Shown here: positions 8,717 to 17,638 of the stretch, in pieces
Layout: every line of letters begins with the position of its first letter
Position numbering within the stretch: the first letter of the stretch is position 1
Assembly: GCA_034722955.1 (NCBI GenBank)
Contig: JAYEOM010000012.1
Span: forward strand, 1 to 24,787
DNA from: Campylobacterota bacterium
GTDB taxonomy: Bacteria > Campylobacterota > Campylobacteria > Campylobacterales > Sulfurovaceae
DNA length: 24,787 nt
Direction: 5' to 3'
Notes under the pieces: generated by a model
Seen by the model: only the letters and a program-made list of their open reading frames with translations
Told to the model about the DNA's origin: nothing
The model's database searches: none
Translations under genes and position numbers: made by a program

Positions 8717-8738
8717 AACCACGGGTCAAACCACGGGT
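8717..8738. repeat. Short direct repeat AACCACGGGT x2 upstream of the second RAYT remnant
   Basis: AACCACGGGT at 8717-8726 and 8729-8738. It is followed by TAGACACC (8743-8750), which also occurs in the RAYT inverted repeat (reverse complement of 16-23). Confidence 0.6.
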
Positions 8739-8786
8739 TGAATAGACACCATTCTGCAATAATACCAAAAACATAAAGGTCACACA

Positions 8787-8855
8787 ATGCCAAGAAGACC
8801 AAGAGTAGACTTAGTAGGATGTCATCATATCGTTAACCGTAGACAAATTAAATAG
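8787..8855 (+). pseudogene. N-terminal remnant of a second RAYT transposase
   Basis: Reads MPRRPRVDLVGCHHIVNRRQIK*, aligning with MARKPRLDLDGFHHIVNR of the 609 copy; AAGG RBS upstream. Confidence 0.8.
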
Positions 8856-8899
8856 ACCAGCTTACCAAAACAGACTCACCGAAAAAGCACAGAAGTTTT

Positions 8900-10306
8900 T
8901 TAGATAAATAACCGCCAGTAGGTCAAAGCCACTGAAAATGTCACTATAATTCCTACGATATTGAGAAAAAAACCTCTCTGTATCATCTGTTTGGTTTTGA
9001 CATGACCTGTGGACATGGCTATGGCATTGGGGGCGGTGGCTATAGGGAGCATAAAGGCATAACTAGCAGAGATGGCTACTATGAGCATAAAGAGTGTCGG
9101 ATCAAGTCCACTCTGCAGAGCAAAAGGATAGATGATAGGTATCATGATAGAAGTCAGAGCTGTGTTACTAGTAAGCTCAGTAGCAAATACCACACCTACA
9201 CCCACGATAAGCATCAAAACCGTAGGAGAGAGGTGGCTGAAACTCATCATGATGTTTGCTATCTCAGTGGCTAAACCTGTCTTTTGAAATGCCATAGCTA
9301 TAGAGAACCCTGCTCCAAACAAAAAGACAATAGCAAAAGGTATCTTAGCAAAATCCTCTTTCCACTCCAACAAATCTATCTTTGGCAAAAATAGCAGCAG
9401 TCCAAAAGCAAGCAGTGTCAGCTTTTCATTAACTACGATATCAAAAAAGTGTTTGAGTATGGGATTGGCCGCAAGTATGGTAGCTAGTAGGATGAGAATA
9501 GTTATGAGCTTCTTTTGGGCAAAGGTGAGTGGCTCTCTACTTATATCCATAGATACCAGCTCAAAATTCTCTCTCTTGAACCCAAAGAGCAGTATCTCAC
9601 AAGCAACTACCATCATCACGATAGCCAAAGGCAACATCATAGTCGTCCAAGTAGCAAAACTAATCATCTCTATACCATTCGTCTCCAAGAAGTCTTGCAG
9701 GATGAGATTGGGTGGCGTACCTACAGGTGTGATAATCCCACCTATGAGAGAGGCATACGCCACACCCAAAAGCAGACGAAACTTATAGTCACTATTGGTC
9801 GTCAAAAATCCTGCTATAGGGATAATAAGCAGTGCTGTAGTCGTATCTGACAGTATAGAGCTGAGTATACCCGCTGTCATCATCAGTGATAGCAGTACTC
9901 CCCGTGGTGTAGTAGGAAAGATAGAGAGGAGCTTTTTGGCAAGCCGTTTGTGAAGTTCTGACTTCTCTGTAGCGATAGCTATGAGAAATCCTCCAATAAA
10001 GAGAAATATAGTAGTCTTGGAGTAGTTAGTCACTACATCCTTAGACTCTACCAAACCAAAAACAGGGAAAAGCAGTATAGGCAGAAGTGAAACTGTACCC
10101 ATATGCAAGCCGTTATTTGTCCATAGTGTAACCAAGAAAGCTATCACTCCCACAAGCCGTGCCTGTAGATCTGAAAATGATGTTAATGCCAAAAAGTAAA
10201 ATGACAAACCTATAATAAGTGCAATAATAATAAGCTTATAGCTATCCAAAAATGATTTGATCATACTCAAAGAGGTTCCTTTTTTAAATAGATTATGTAA
10301 TGCCAA
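8900..10306 (-). CDS. SLC13/DASS family sodium-coupled anion (dicarboxylate/sulfate) symporter
   Basis: Highly hydrophobic. SNT-type motifs (LSDTTT, TSNTA), GIITPVGTPPN and AFMLPIATAPNA. Start is uncertain (TTG 10306 or ATG 10264). Confidence 0.9.
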   Translation of the reverse strand: MALHNLFKKGTSLSMIKSFLDSYKLIIIALIIGLSFYFLALTSFSDLQARLVGVIAFLVTLWTNNGLHMGTVSLLPILLFPVFGLVESKDVVTNYSKTTIFLFIGGFLIAIATEKSELHKRLAKKLLSIFPTTPRGVLLSLMMTAGILSSILSDTTTALLIIPIAGFLTTNSDYKFRLLLGVAYASLIGGIITPVGTPPNLILQDFLETNGIEMISFATWTTMMLPLAIVMMVVACEILLFGFKRENFELVSMDISREPLTFAQKKLITILILLATILAANPILKHFFDIVVNEKLTLLAFGLLLFLPKIDLLEWKEDFAKIPFAIVFLFGAGFSIAMAFQKTGLATEIANIMMSFSHLSPTVLMLIVGVGVVFATELTSNTALTSIMIPIIYPFALQSGLDPTLFMLIVAISASYAFMLPIATAPNAIAMSTGHVKTKQMIQRGFFLNIVGIIVTFSVALTYWRLFI

Positions 10307-10364
10307 AAACCACCATCGAAATCAACACTACACAATATAATGATTAATGTAGGTAAGGTGATTA

Positions 10365-10574
10365 TCACTTTCCGCCCAATGGATCATCACTCCTATTTTT
10401 TGCCTCTCTCTTTTCAAAGGCTTGATTAGAGGGGGTGTTTTCTTGAGAGAAGTACCCTACTCCAAAAAGGACACACCCCTTGCATCCTGGATCACATCTG
10501 TGGCTCAAGAGTCGGCACCACTCCTTCTCATCTCCGTGTGTTGTCAAGTGTTGACATCCCCATCCGCTACTCAT
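10365..10574 (-). CDS. Small Cys-rich hypothetical protein (69 aa), possible metal/Fe-S binding
   Basis: ATGA overlap with acylphosphatase stop; GWGCQH…WCRLLSHRCDPGCKGCVL contains 5 Cys. Confidence 0.7.
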   Translation of the reverse strand: MSSGWGCQHLTTHGDEKEWCRLLSHRCDPGCKGCVLFGVGYFSQENTPSNQAFEKREAKNRSDDPLGGK

Positions 10575-10846
10575 CGGAGTATCTCAAAGCCATCATAGAT
10601 GAGACCGGCATCATCGATCAAGCTATAGCTGATATCATCAACTTGAGAGAGTGGTGACCCCTCTCTCAGCAACTCTAGGAAATCTTCCAAATCGTCATCG
10701 ATCAATTCGGCAACTACCTCTACGCTACCATCTGATAAGTTTTTTATCGCACCTCTGATCTGTTTTCGCATCGCCGCTTGTGAAACAAACTTACGATAAA
10801 ATACACCTTGCACTCGTCCAAACACCATAAATCTATACAGCTCCAT
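10571..10846 (-). CDS. acyP: Acylphosphatase
   Basis: Signature VFGRVQGVFYR and KNLSDGSVEVVAE…GSPLSQV; 91 aa. Confidence 0.93.
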   Translation of the reverse strand: MELYRFMVFGRVQGVFYRKFVSQAAMRKQIRGAIKNLSDGSVEVVAELIDDDLEDFLELLREGSPLSQVDDISYSLIDDAGLIYDGFEILR

Positions 10847-11270
10847 ACTCCTCCTTTATACCCTCTAAAAACTCCAAGATACGCTGATGAAATATCTTGT
10901 CCTCCTCTTTATCTAGGCAATCACTAAATCGTTTCAGTACCTCTATATCTATCTTATCTGAAAATCGCTTATTATCCCTAGCTTCCCTCTCGACTAGAAC
11001 AATCAAATGTTCAAAATCAAGACCATTTTTTGTCTTGATCTTTTGAAAATACTCATTGACAGTATCGATCAATATATCTGCTCTCTCACTATCATCACTG
11101 TATATCTTGGATGCTACCTCTGCAAGCATCTGATGTTCACAAGGGTTGATCTCACTATCTGATGCGATCATCAGTGTGAGTATTTTGGCTCGAAACTCCA
11201 TAGAGCTATTGTGATATACAAGAAATTCACGAAACATTTTAAGAATATTCCGCTTGAATCTTTTCAACAT
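10833..11270 (-). CDS. Conserved hypothetical protein, TerB-like
   Basis: LMIASDSEINPCEHQML resembles the TerB A-D-G-x-I-x-x-x-E motif. ATG 11270 has an AAGGTG RBS; the gene overlaps acyP. Confidence 0.65.
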   Translation of the reverse strand: MLKRFKRNILKMFREFLVYHNSSMEFRAKILTLMIASDSEINPCEHQMLAEVASKIYSDDSERADILIDTVNEYFQKIKTKNGLDFEHLIVLVEREARDNKRFSDKIDIEVLKRFSDCLDKEEDKIFHQRILEFLEGIKEEYGAV

Positions 11271-11369
11271 TTTGACACCTTTAGACAATAATTAACATTA
11301 TTTTAACAAAACAACACTATAGTTTCAGTTATAAAACCAAATTTATCTCGAAAGCTTACATAACCACCT

Positions 11370-12155
11370 ATGAACAATATTGATCTTATCCTTATCTTTA
11401 CAACTGCATTTTTGGGAAGTGTCGGTCACTGCATTGGTATGTGCGGTGGCATCATCGTAGCATACAGCTCTACCAAAATAGACCACAAATCCTCTTGGGG
11501 TATACAGACTATCTCACATTTAGCCTATAACTTTGGACGCGTAACCACATATGCCATACTAGGTGCAATGTTTGGCTTGATAGGGCAGGTGATCGCCTTT
11601 ACCCCTGTCACCAAGGGTGTGCTTTTTTTATTGACTGGTATTTTGATGATACTCGCAGGGCTGTCACTCTTGGGAGAGTTCAAGTTTCTCAACTCTGCAG
11701 AAGCATCTATCTCCAAGGCTGGATGGTTTCGTGATACCTTCAGACGATTGATCTCAAGCAAAACAATCAGCAGTTTTTATCTATTGGGGATGCTCAATGG
11801 TATCATCCCTTGTGGTCTAGTCTACTCCTTTGCTATATTTGCTGCTAGTACGGCAAGTCCTATGTGGGGTGCTATAGTGATGGCTGTCTTTGGATTGGCT
11901 ACTATCCCTGCCCTCTTCTTTTTGGGTACTATCACACGATTTTTGCAGCGAGGATCACTACGGGGCACTATGATGAAATTAGCCTCTATGCTGGTCATAC
12001 TATATGGTATCTTTACACTCTACAAAGCTTACCAGTTTATAGCCCATCCACAAGAGACACAACAAGCCCTAGATGAGATGCAAGAGGGTAGTATCAAAAG
12101 TAAACTCGAAGGTAAATGCGGTGGTATGAAGTGTGCCCCGGGCAAATGCGGATAG
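11370..12155 (+). CDS. Sulfite exporter TauE/SafE-like (DsbD_2) membrane protein with C-terminal KCG repeats
   Basis: GHCIGMCGG and GIIPCGLVYS motifs, multiple TM segments, tail EGKCGGMKCAPGKCG. Confidence 0.85.
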   Translation: MNNIDLILIFTTAFLGSVGHCIGMCGGIIVAYSSTKIDHKSSWGIQTISHLAYNFGRVTTYAILGAMFGLIGQVIAFTPVTKGVLFLLTGILMILAGLSLLGEFKFLNSAEASISKAGWFRDTFRRLISSKTISSFYLLGMLNGIIPCGLVYSFAIFAASTASPMWGAIVMAVFGLATIPALFFLGTITRFLQRGSLRGTMMKLASMLVILYGIFTLYKAYQFIAHPQETQQALDEMQEGSIKSKLEGKCGGMKCAPGKCG

Positions 12156-12266
12156 GATTGTTGATTTTATGGAAGGTGTAGAGACTCAACCTTAACAAAT
12201 TTTAATATCTTAATTATTAAAATAGGAGTATACTTAAGCAAAATAGTTCATATGGGGGCATAAGTC

Positions 12267-13643
12267 ATGGATGAACAATACAACAAACTTCAAGCATTTA
12301 AAGTAGCAATGATCGCAGCGATAGGGGGATTACTCTTTGGTTTTGATACTGGCGTGATCTCAGGGGCACTGCTGCTGATCAAATCTGAGTGGCACCTTAC
12401 AGCTTTTAGTCAGGAGATTGTGACGAGTGCAGTACTGATCGGTGCGATGATCGGTGCACTTTTTAGTGGCAGGATAGCAGATATATATGGCAGGAAAAGA
12501 GTTATTATCTCTACTGCGATTATCTTTGCCATTGGTTCAGTGGCTTCAGCACTCTCACCAAATCCTGAGTCTCTGGTTATAGGGAGGATTGTACTTGGTG
12601 TAGCGATAGGTGTAGCATCGTTTACTGTTCCGCTATATATATCTGAAGTCTCTCCTAGTGCTATGAGAGGTTCACTAGTATCACTCAATCAGCTGATGAT
12701 CACTATCGGTATAGTTTTATCCTATTTGGTTGATTTCTCTCTCTCTTCGATGGTGGATGGATGGAGATATATGTTTGCATTTGGTCTAATCCCATCTATT
12801 TTACTCTTTTTTGGCATGTTTTTGTTGCCAAACTCCCCTAGATGGCTTGTGAGTATCAAAAAGATAGATGAAGCAGATGCATCACTTCGCCTCATATACA
12901 GCAAAGAGTCAGCCCGAAAAGAGCTCGATACTATCATAGCATCGACAGAAGAGAAAACCGAAAAAGTTAGCTATAGAATGCTTCTCTCTTCTAGAGTGAA
13001 ACCTGTATTGATCATTGGTGCAGGTATAATGTTTTTTCAACAAGTCACAGGTATCAATACAGTGATCTACTACTCTCCTACCATTTTAGAGATGGCTGGA
13101 TTTGCAACAGCACAAGATGCCATAGCCGCAGCACTGCCCATAGGTATAGTTAATGTATTGGCTACTATTCTATCTATCTTTTTGATTGACAAGATCGGCA
13201 GGAAACCACTTCTGTATATTGGGATTAGCGGGATGATACTCTCTCTGATCGTTCTTGGTGCTCTGTTTAGTACAGATACAGCAGCATCAGGCAACACTAT
13301 GAAATATGTTGCCGTTGGTAGTTTGATCTTCTATATCGCATCTTTTGCCATCAGTCTTGGACCGATCGCCTGGCTTTTGATCGCAGAAATATTTCCTATG
13401 CGTCTGAGAAATATAGGTATGAGTATCACAACGCTATTGAACTGGGGATTTAACTTTATAGTGGCATTGACATTTCTTTCGATTGTTGATTTGCTCGGAG
13501 CTAGTGGTGCTTTCTGGCTCTATGCACTATTTGGACTTGCTGCTCTTTGGTTTACTTGGCAGTATATTCCCGAAACAAAAGGAAAAACACTAGAAGAGAT
13601 AGAGGCACACTTTGCTTCAGGGAAACCTGCATCAGAGTTATAA
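12267..13643 (+). CDS. MFS sugar porter (GalP/GlcP-like hexose:H+ symporter)
   Basis: GGLLFGFDTGVISG, ADIYGRKR, YISEVSP…RG, QQVTGINTVIYY, IDKIGRK, PETKGKTLEEI. Confidence 0.95.
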   Translation: MDEQYNKLQAFKVAMIAAIGGLLFGFDTGVISGALLLIKSEWHLTAFSQEIVTSAVLIGAMIGALFSGRIADIYGRKRVIISTAIIFAIGSVASALSPNPESLVIGRIVLGVAIGVASFTVPLYISEVSPSAMRGSLVSLNQLMITIGIVLSYLVDFSLSSMVDGWRYMFAFGLIPSILLFFGMFLLPNSPRWLVSIKKIDEADASLRLIYSKESARKELDTIIASTEEKTEKVSYRMLLSSRVKPVLIIGAGIMFFQQVTGINTVIYYSPTILEMAGFATAQDAIAAALPIGIVNVLATILSIFLIDKIGRKPLLYIGISGMILSLIVLGALFSTDTAASGNTMKYVAVGSLIFYIASFAISLGPIAWLLIAEIFPMRLRNIGMSITTLLNWGFNFIVALTFLSIVDLLGASGAFWLYALFGLAALWFTWQYIPETKGKTLEEIEAHFASGKPASEL

Positions 13644-13663
13644 AACCCAAAAAAGGATCATTT

Positions 13664-14509
13664 ATGTTTATAGCCATGGATGTAGGCGGAACTCATATTC
13701 GTTATCGTATTATTGATCAGGATACTAGTGTAGTCTCCTCTGGAGAGATGAGCACACAAGATATAGGATTGATTCAGGCAATTGAGTCGATCATCAAAGG
13801 GTATACGGTCGAAAAAATAGGTATATCCTATGCCGGTGAAGTAAATAATGGGGTTATACTCTCCTCACCCAATATAAAAGTAGATGAACCCAATATAAAA
13901 GCATATTTTTTAGATGTACACCATATTGACCTCTCTATAGAGAATGATTTGAAATGTGCTGCATTGGCTGAACAGAGGTATTGGAGCTGCAGCACAACGA
14001 TGGTAGTTGCATCCATAGGTACAGGCTTTGGATCAGCTATCATAGAGAGTGGAAAACTATTTAGAGGTTCTCATAACTTAGCAGGCGAGATAGGACATAT
14101 CCCATACAAATACTCAAAGATCCCTTGTGGTTGCGGAAATCACTACTGTATTGAGGCATCTTGTTCAGGTATCGCACTTAGGCATTGGGCAGAGGAGTAC
14201 AGGCTTCCTATCAGGGAGGTTACCATAGAAAATCTGCGTAGTCTGCATAGTGATAAAGCCGATAAGATCATAGATAACTTTGAAGAGGGGTTGCTGTTTG
14301 CCATCGGTACGATCATCTCATTGATCAATCCTGAGATAATAGTACTAGGAGGCGGTGTTATCGTCCCCAATACCTATCTGCTAAATCTAATCCATGAGAA
14401 TATTGAAAAATATACACTTCCAAGCTCTAGAAAACAGACAAAAATTGTACTAAGCAGACTCGAAGATGCCCCACTGATAGGAGCTGAGATTTTGATGGAG
14501 TGTCGCTAA
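13664..14509 (+). CDS. ROK family sugar kinase (glucokinase-like)
   Basis: Start reset to ATG 13664 (AAGGA RBS). Motifs DVGGT, END, GTGFG and GEIGH…CGCGNHYCIE (Zn site); no N-terminal HTH. Confidence 0.9.
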   Translation: MFIAMDVGGTHIRYRIIDQDTSVVSSGEMSTQDIGLIQAIESIIKGYTVEKIGISYAGEVNNGVILSSPNIKVDEPNIKAYFLDVHHIDLSIENDLKCAALAEQRYWSCSTTMVVASIGTGFGSAIIESGKLFRGSHNLAGEIGHIPYKYSKIPCGCGNHYCIEASCSGIALRHWAEEYRLPIREVTIENLRSLHSDKADKIIDNFEEGLLFAIGTIISLINPEIIVLGGGVIVPNTYLLNLIHENIEKYTLPSSRKQTKIVLSRLEDAPLIGAEILMECR

Positions 14510-14572
14510 AGAATTTTAGATATAATAATAAAAATTATTTAAGATATTTTCCCTAATTTAAGGCACATTACA

Positions 14573-15844
14573 ATGAATCAAAAAATAGCAATTATCGGAC
14601 TAGGTTATGTCGGTCTTCCTTTGGCACATGCATTTAGTGAAAAATATGAGGTTGTTGGATTTGATATCAATAAAAACCGTATAGATGAGCTAAGCAGTGC
14701 ATATGACCGTACCCTGGAACTCAATGAAGCTCAGATGAAAGAGGCAATTGCTCGGGGTATGGAGTTTACTAATGTTTTAGATGAGATTGCTGATTGCAAT
14801 ATCTATATTGTGACTGTTCCAACACCCATCGACAGCTCTAACCGTCCTGACCTTACACCTCTGATCAAATCATCAGAGAGTGTCGGAGAGGTTTTAAGAA
14901 AAGGTGATATAGTGATCTACGAATCTACTGTCTATCCAGGTGTAACTGAAGAGATATGTGTACCAATTCTTGAAAAGAGTTCCAACTTGGTGTTCAATAG
15001 AGATTTTTTTGCCGGCTACTCTCCTGAACGAATCAATCCCGGTGACAAAGAGCATACTGTCACAAGGATACTCAAAGTCACTTCAGGCTCCACGCCCAAT
15101 ATCGCCAAACAAGTAGATGATCTCTACAAAAGCATTATCGTAGCTGGAACACACTTGGCACCCTCTATTAAGGTAGCTGAGGCTTCAAAGGTTATTGAAA
15201 ATACTCAGAGAGATGTCAATATAGCTCTTATAAATGAGCTTGCACTTATATTTGATACAATGGGTATAGATACAAACGATGTTATAGAAGCAGCCGCTAC
15301 AAAGTGGAATTTTATCAAGCTGACTCCTGGTCTCGTAGGTGGTCACTGTATAGGTGTTGACCCCTATTACCTTACCTACAGAGCTGAAGAGTTGGGATAC
15401 AAACCCAATCTTGTACTGAGTGCCAGACAGATAAATAACGGAATGGGTAAATATATAGCTGAGCAGACTATCAAAACAATGATAGCAAATGATAAGCATA
15501 TCAAAGACTCAAATATATTGATATTGGGTGTAACATTCAAGGAAAATTGCCCAGATATGAGAAATACTAAAGTTGTAGATATCATAGAGGAGTTAAAAAC
15601 TTATGGTTGCTGTGTAGATGTATACGATCCTTGGGTTGATCCAAAAGAGGAGAAACAACACTACAGACATGGTATTATCACCAATCCCTTTAAATCCAAT
15701 AACAGATATGATACGATAGTAGTCGCAGTTGCACATAAAGAGTTTAAAATTTTATCAGAGGAGGACTATGAAAGCATCTCTAATGGTTCTCCCATAATAA
15801 TGGATATTAAAGGTATAGTTAAAAGGCCAAGTTGGAGGCTGTAA
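14573..15844 (+). CDS. UDP-N-acetylhexosamine 6-dehydrogenase (WbpA/WbpO/TviB family), copy 1
   Basis: [52 protein letters not shown]. Confidence 0.93.
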   Translation: MNQKIAIIGLGYVGLPLAHAFSEKYEVVGFDINKNRIDELSSAYDRTLELNEAQMKEAIARGMEFTNVLDEIADCNIYIVTVPTPIDSSNRPDLTPLIKSSESVGEVLRKGDIVIYESTVYPGVTEEICVPILEKSSNLVFNRDFFAGYSPERINPGDKEHTVTRILKVTSGSTPNIAKQVDDLYKSIIVAGTHLAPSIKVAEASKVIENTQRDVNIALINELALIFDTMGIDTNDVIEAAATKWNFIKLTPGLVGGHCIGVDPYYLTYRAEELGYKPNLVLSARQINNGMGKYIAEQTIKTMIANDKHIKDSNILILGVTFKENCPDMRNTKVVDIIEELKTYGCCVDVYDPWVDPKEEKQHYRHGIITNPFKSNNRYDTIVVAVAHKEFKILSEEDYESISNGSPIIMDIKGIVKRPSWRL

Positions 15845-15846
15845 GA

Positions 15847-16806
15847 GTGAAGAACTTTGCACTTATTGGAGCATCAGGATATATAGCTCCTAGACACATG
15901 AAAGCCATAAAAGATACTGGCAACACTCTTGTAGCTGCACTAGATCCTTATGATGGTATTGGCATAATGGATAGTAACTTTCCACAGGCAGACTTCTTTA
16001 CAGAGTTTGAGAGATTTGATCGCTTTGTAGATAAATGGCGTAGAGATACTGGAAAAAAGATCGATTATATATCGATCTGCTCACCAAATTATCTCCATGA
16101 TTCTCATATAAGATTTGCATTGAAAAGCGGAGCAGATGCAATTTGTGAAAAGCCTTTGGTGCTAAACCCATGGAACATCGATCAACTCAAACTGATCGAA
16201 CAGGAGACAGGGCAAAAAGCTTATAATATTCTACAGCTTAGACTTCACCCATCTATCATTGCTTTGAGAGAGAGGGTTACTGAAGAGTTAGCAGAAAACC
16301 CAGATAAAGTTTATGATATTGACCTGACCTATCTAACCTCCAGAGGCAAATGGTATTTTGTCTCATGGAAAGGAGATCGATCAAAATCCGGTGGCGTTGC
16401 CTCAAATATAGGTGTTCACTTTTATGATATGTTGACTTGGATATTTGGAGATGTAGAAGAGAGCATAGTACACCTCAAAACTTCAGATTCAAGTGCAGGA
16501 AGTTTCAGACTGAAACATGCTGATGTCAGATGGTTTTTATCTGTAAACTATGACTATATCCCCGATACAGTCAAAGCACAAGGGCAGAGAACCTATCGAA
16601 GTATCACTGTAGACAGTCATGAGATGGAGTTTAGCGGTGGCTTCACTGACCTGCATACTCGAAGCTATGAAGAGATACTAAAGGGCAATGGATTTGGACT
16701 TGATGAAGCGTATAGTTCTATCAATACTATTTCGACCATTAGAAACCTTGAGCCTGTTGGACTGAAAGGTGAATACCACCCTTTTTGCAAGAGAGTGATT
16801 AGCTAA
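15847..16806 (+). CDS. wbpB: UDP-GlcNAcA 3-dehydrogenase (Gfo/Idh/MocA family)
   Basis: [51 protein letters not shown] 15847 lies after a GGAGG RBS. Confidence 0.9.
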   Translation: MKNFALIGASGYIAPRHMKAIKDTGNTLVAALDPYDGIGIMDSNFPQADFFTEFERFDRFVDKWRRDTGKKIDYISICSPNYLHDSHIRFALKSGADAICEKPLVLNPWNIDQLKLIEQETGQKAYNILQLRLHPSIIALRERVTEELAENPDKVYDIDLTYLTSRGKWYFVSWKGDRSKSGGVASNIGVHFYDMLTWIFGDVEESIVHLKTSDSSAGSFRLKHADVRWFLSVNYDYIPDTVKAQGQRTYRSITVDSHEMEFSGGFTDLHTRSYEEILKGNGFGLDEAYSSINTISTIRNLEPVGLKGEYHPFCKRVIS

Positions 16807-17378
16807 TGGCTAACTACTTTGTGCATAAGTCTGCCTATATAGATGACGGTGTTGCTATCGGTGAGGGTACAAAAATTTGGCACTTCTCTCATATATTATC
16901 CTATACCACAATTGGCACAAACTGCTCTTTTGGACAAAACTGTGTTGTAGGTCCGAAAGTAACCATAGGTGATGGTGTCAAAGTACAAAACAATATCTCA
17001 ATCTATGAAGGGGTAGAGATAGAAGATGATGTTTTTTTGGGTCCCTCTATGGTTTTCACCAATGTTATCAACCCTAGAGCTTTTATCCAAAGAAGAGAAG
17101 AGTTTCAAAAGACACTACTCAAAAAGGGGTGCTCCATAGGTGCAAATGTCACAGTAGTATGTGGTGTGACTATTGGAGAGTATGCACTCATAGGCTCTGG
17201 AGCAGTTGTCAATAGGGATGTAAAGCCTTATGCTTTGATGGTCGGAGTACCTGCAAGGCAGATCGGCTGGGTAAGCAGAGCTGGAAATAGACTAATATTT
17301 GATATCAATAATCAAGCAGAAGATGATTTTGACAATAGCAAATATGTTATAATAGACAATGAATTAAAGGAGATTTGA
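16806..17378 (+). CDS. wbpD: UDP-GlcNAc3NA N-acetyltransferase (hexapeptide repeat)
   Basis: [40 protein letters not shown]. Confidence 0.9.
   Translation: MANYFVHKSAYIDDGVAIGEGTKIWHFSHILSYTTIGTNCSFGQNCVVGPKVTIGDGVKVQNNISIYEGVEIEDDVFLGPSMVFTNVINPRAFIQRREEFQKTLLKKGCSIGANVTVVCGVTIGEYALIGSGAVVNRDVKPYALMVGVPARQIGWVSRAGNRLIFDINNQAEDDFDNSKYVIIDNELKEI
17345..17353 (+). promoter_or_regulatory. Possible internal extended -10 at the 3' end of wbpD
   Basis: TGTTATAAT about 22 nt upstream of the 17375 gene and its AAGGAG RBS. Confidence 0.4.
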
Positions 17379-17638
17379 TGCAGTTAAGTGTAGATATTCA
17401 AGATAATAACATAGCAGAAAAAATTTTATGGTTTTTAAGTACCTTTTCAGATAAAGGTGTCAAAGTAGAGAAAGTAGTACCTTCAAAAGTCTATGATGAT
17501 GAAGAGATAGATGAGGAGTATCTTGAGAAAAATTGGAGAGAATTAGTCGTGACAAGTGTTGATAGTTCTGACTACTACAAAAGTGAACAATATTATGCAG
17601 ATAGAGTAAAAGATTGCAAATCAAGAGATAAAATTTGA
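17375..17638 (+). CDS. Small acidic hypothetical protein, putative antitoxin
   Basis: AAGGAG RBS; 87 aa with an acidic stretch; translationally coupled to the downstream PIN-containing gene. Confidence 0.65.
   Translation: MMQLSVDIQDNNIAEKILWFLSTFSDKGVKVEKVVPSKVYDDEEIDEEYLEKNWRELVVTSVDSSDYYKSEQYYADRVKDCKSRDKI

Noticed and set aside
13547..13663. N-terminal extension of the ROK ORF (possible repressor HTH)
   Set aside because: Overlaps the transporter gene and is not HTH-like; RBS supports ATG 13664.
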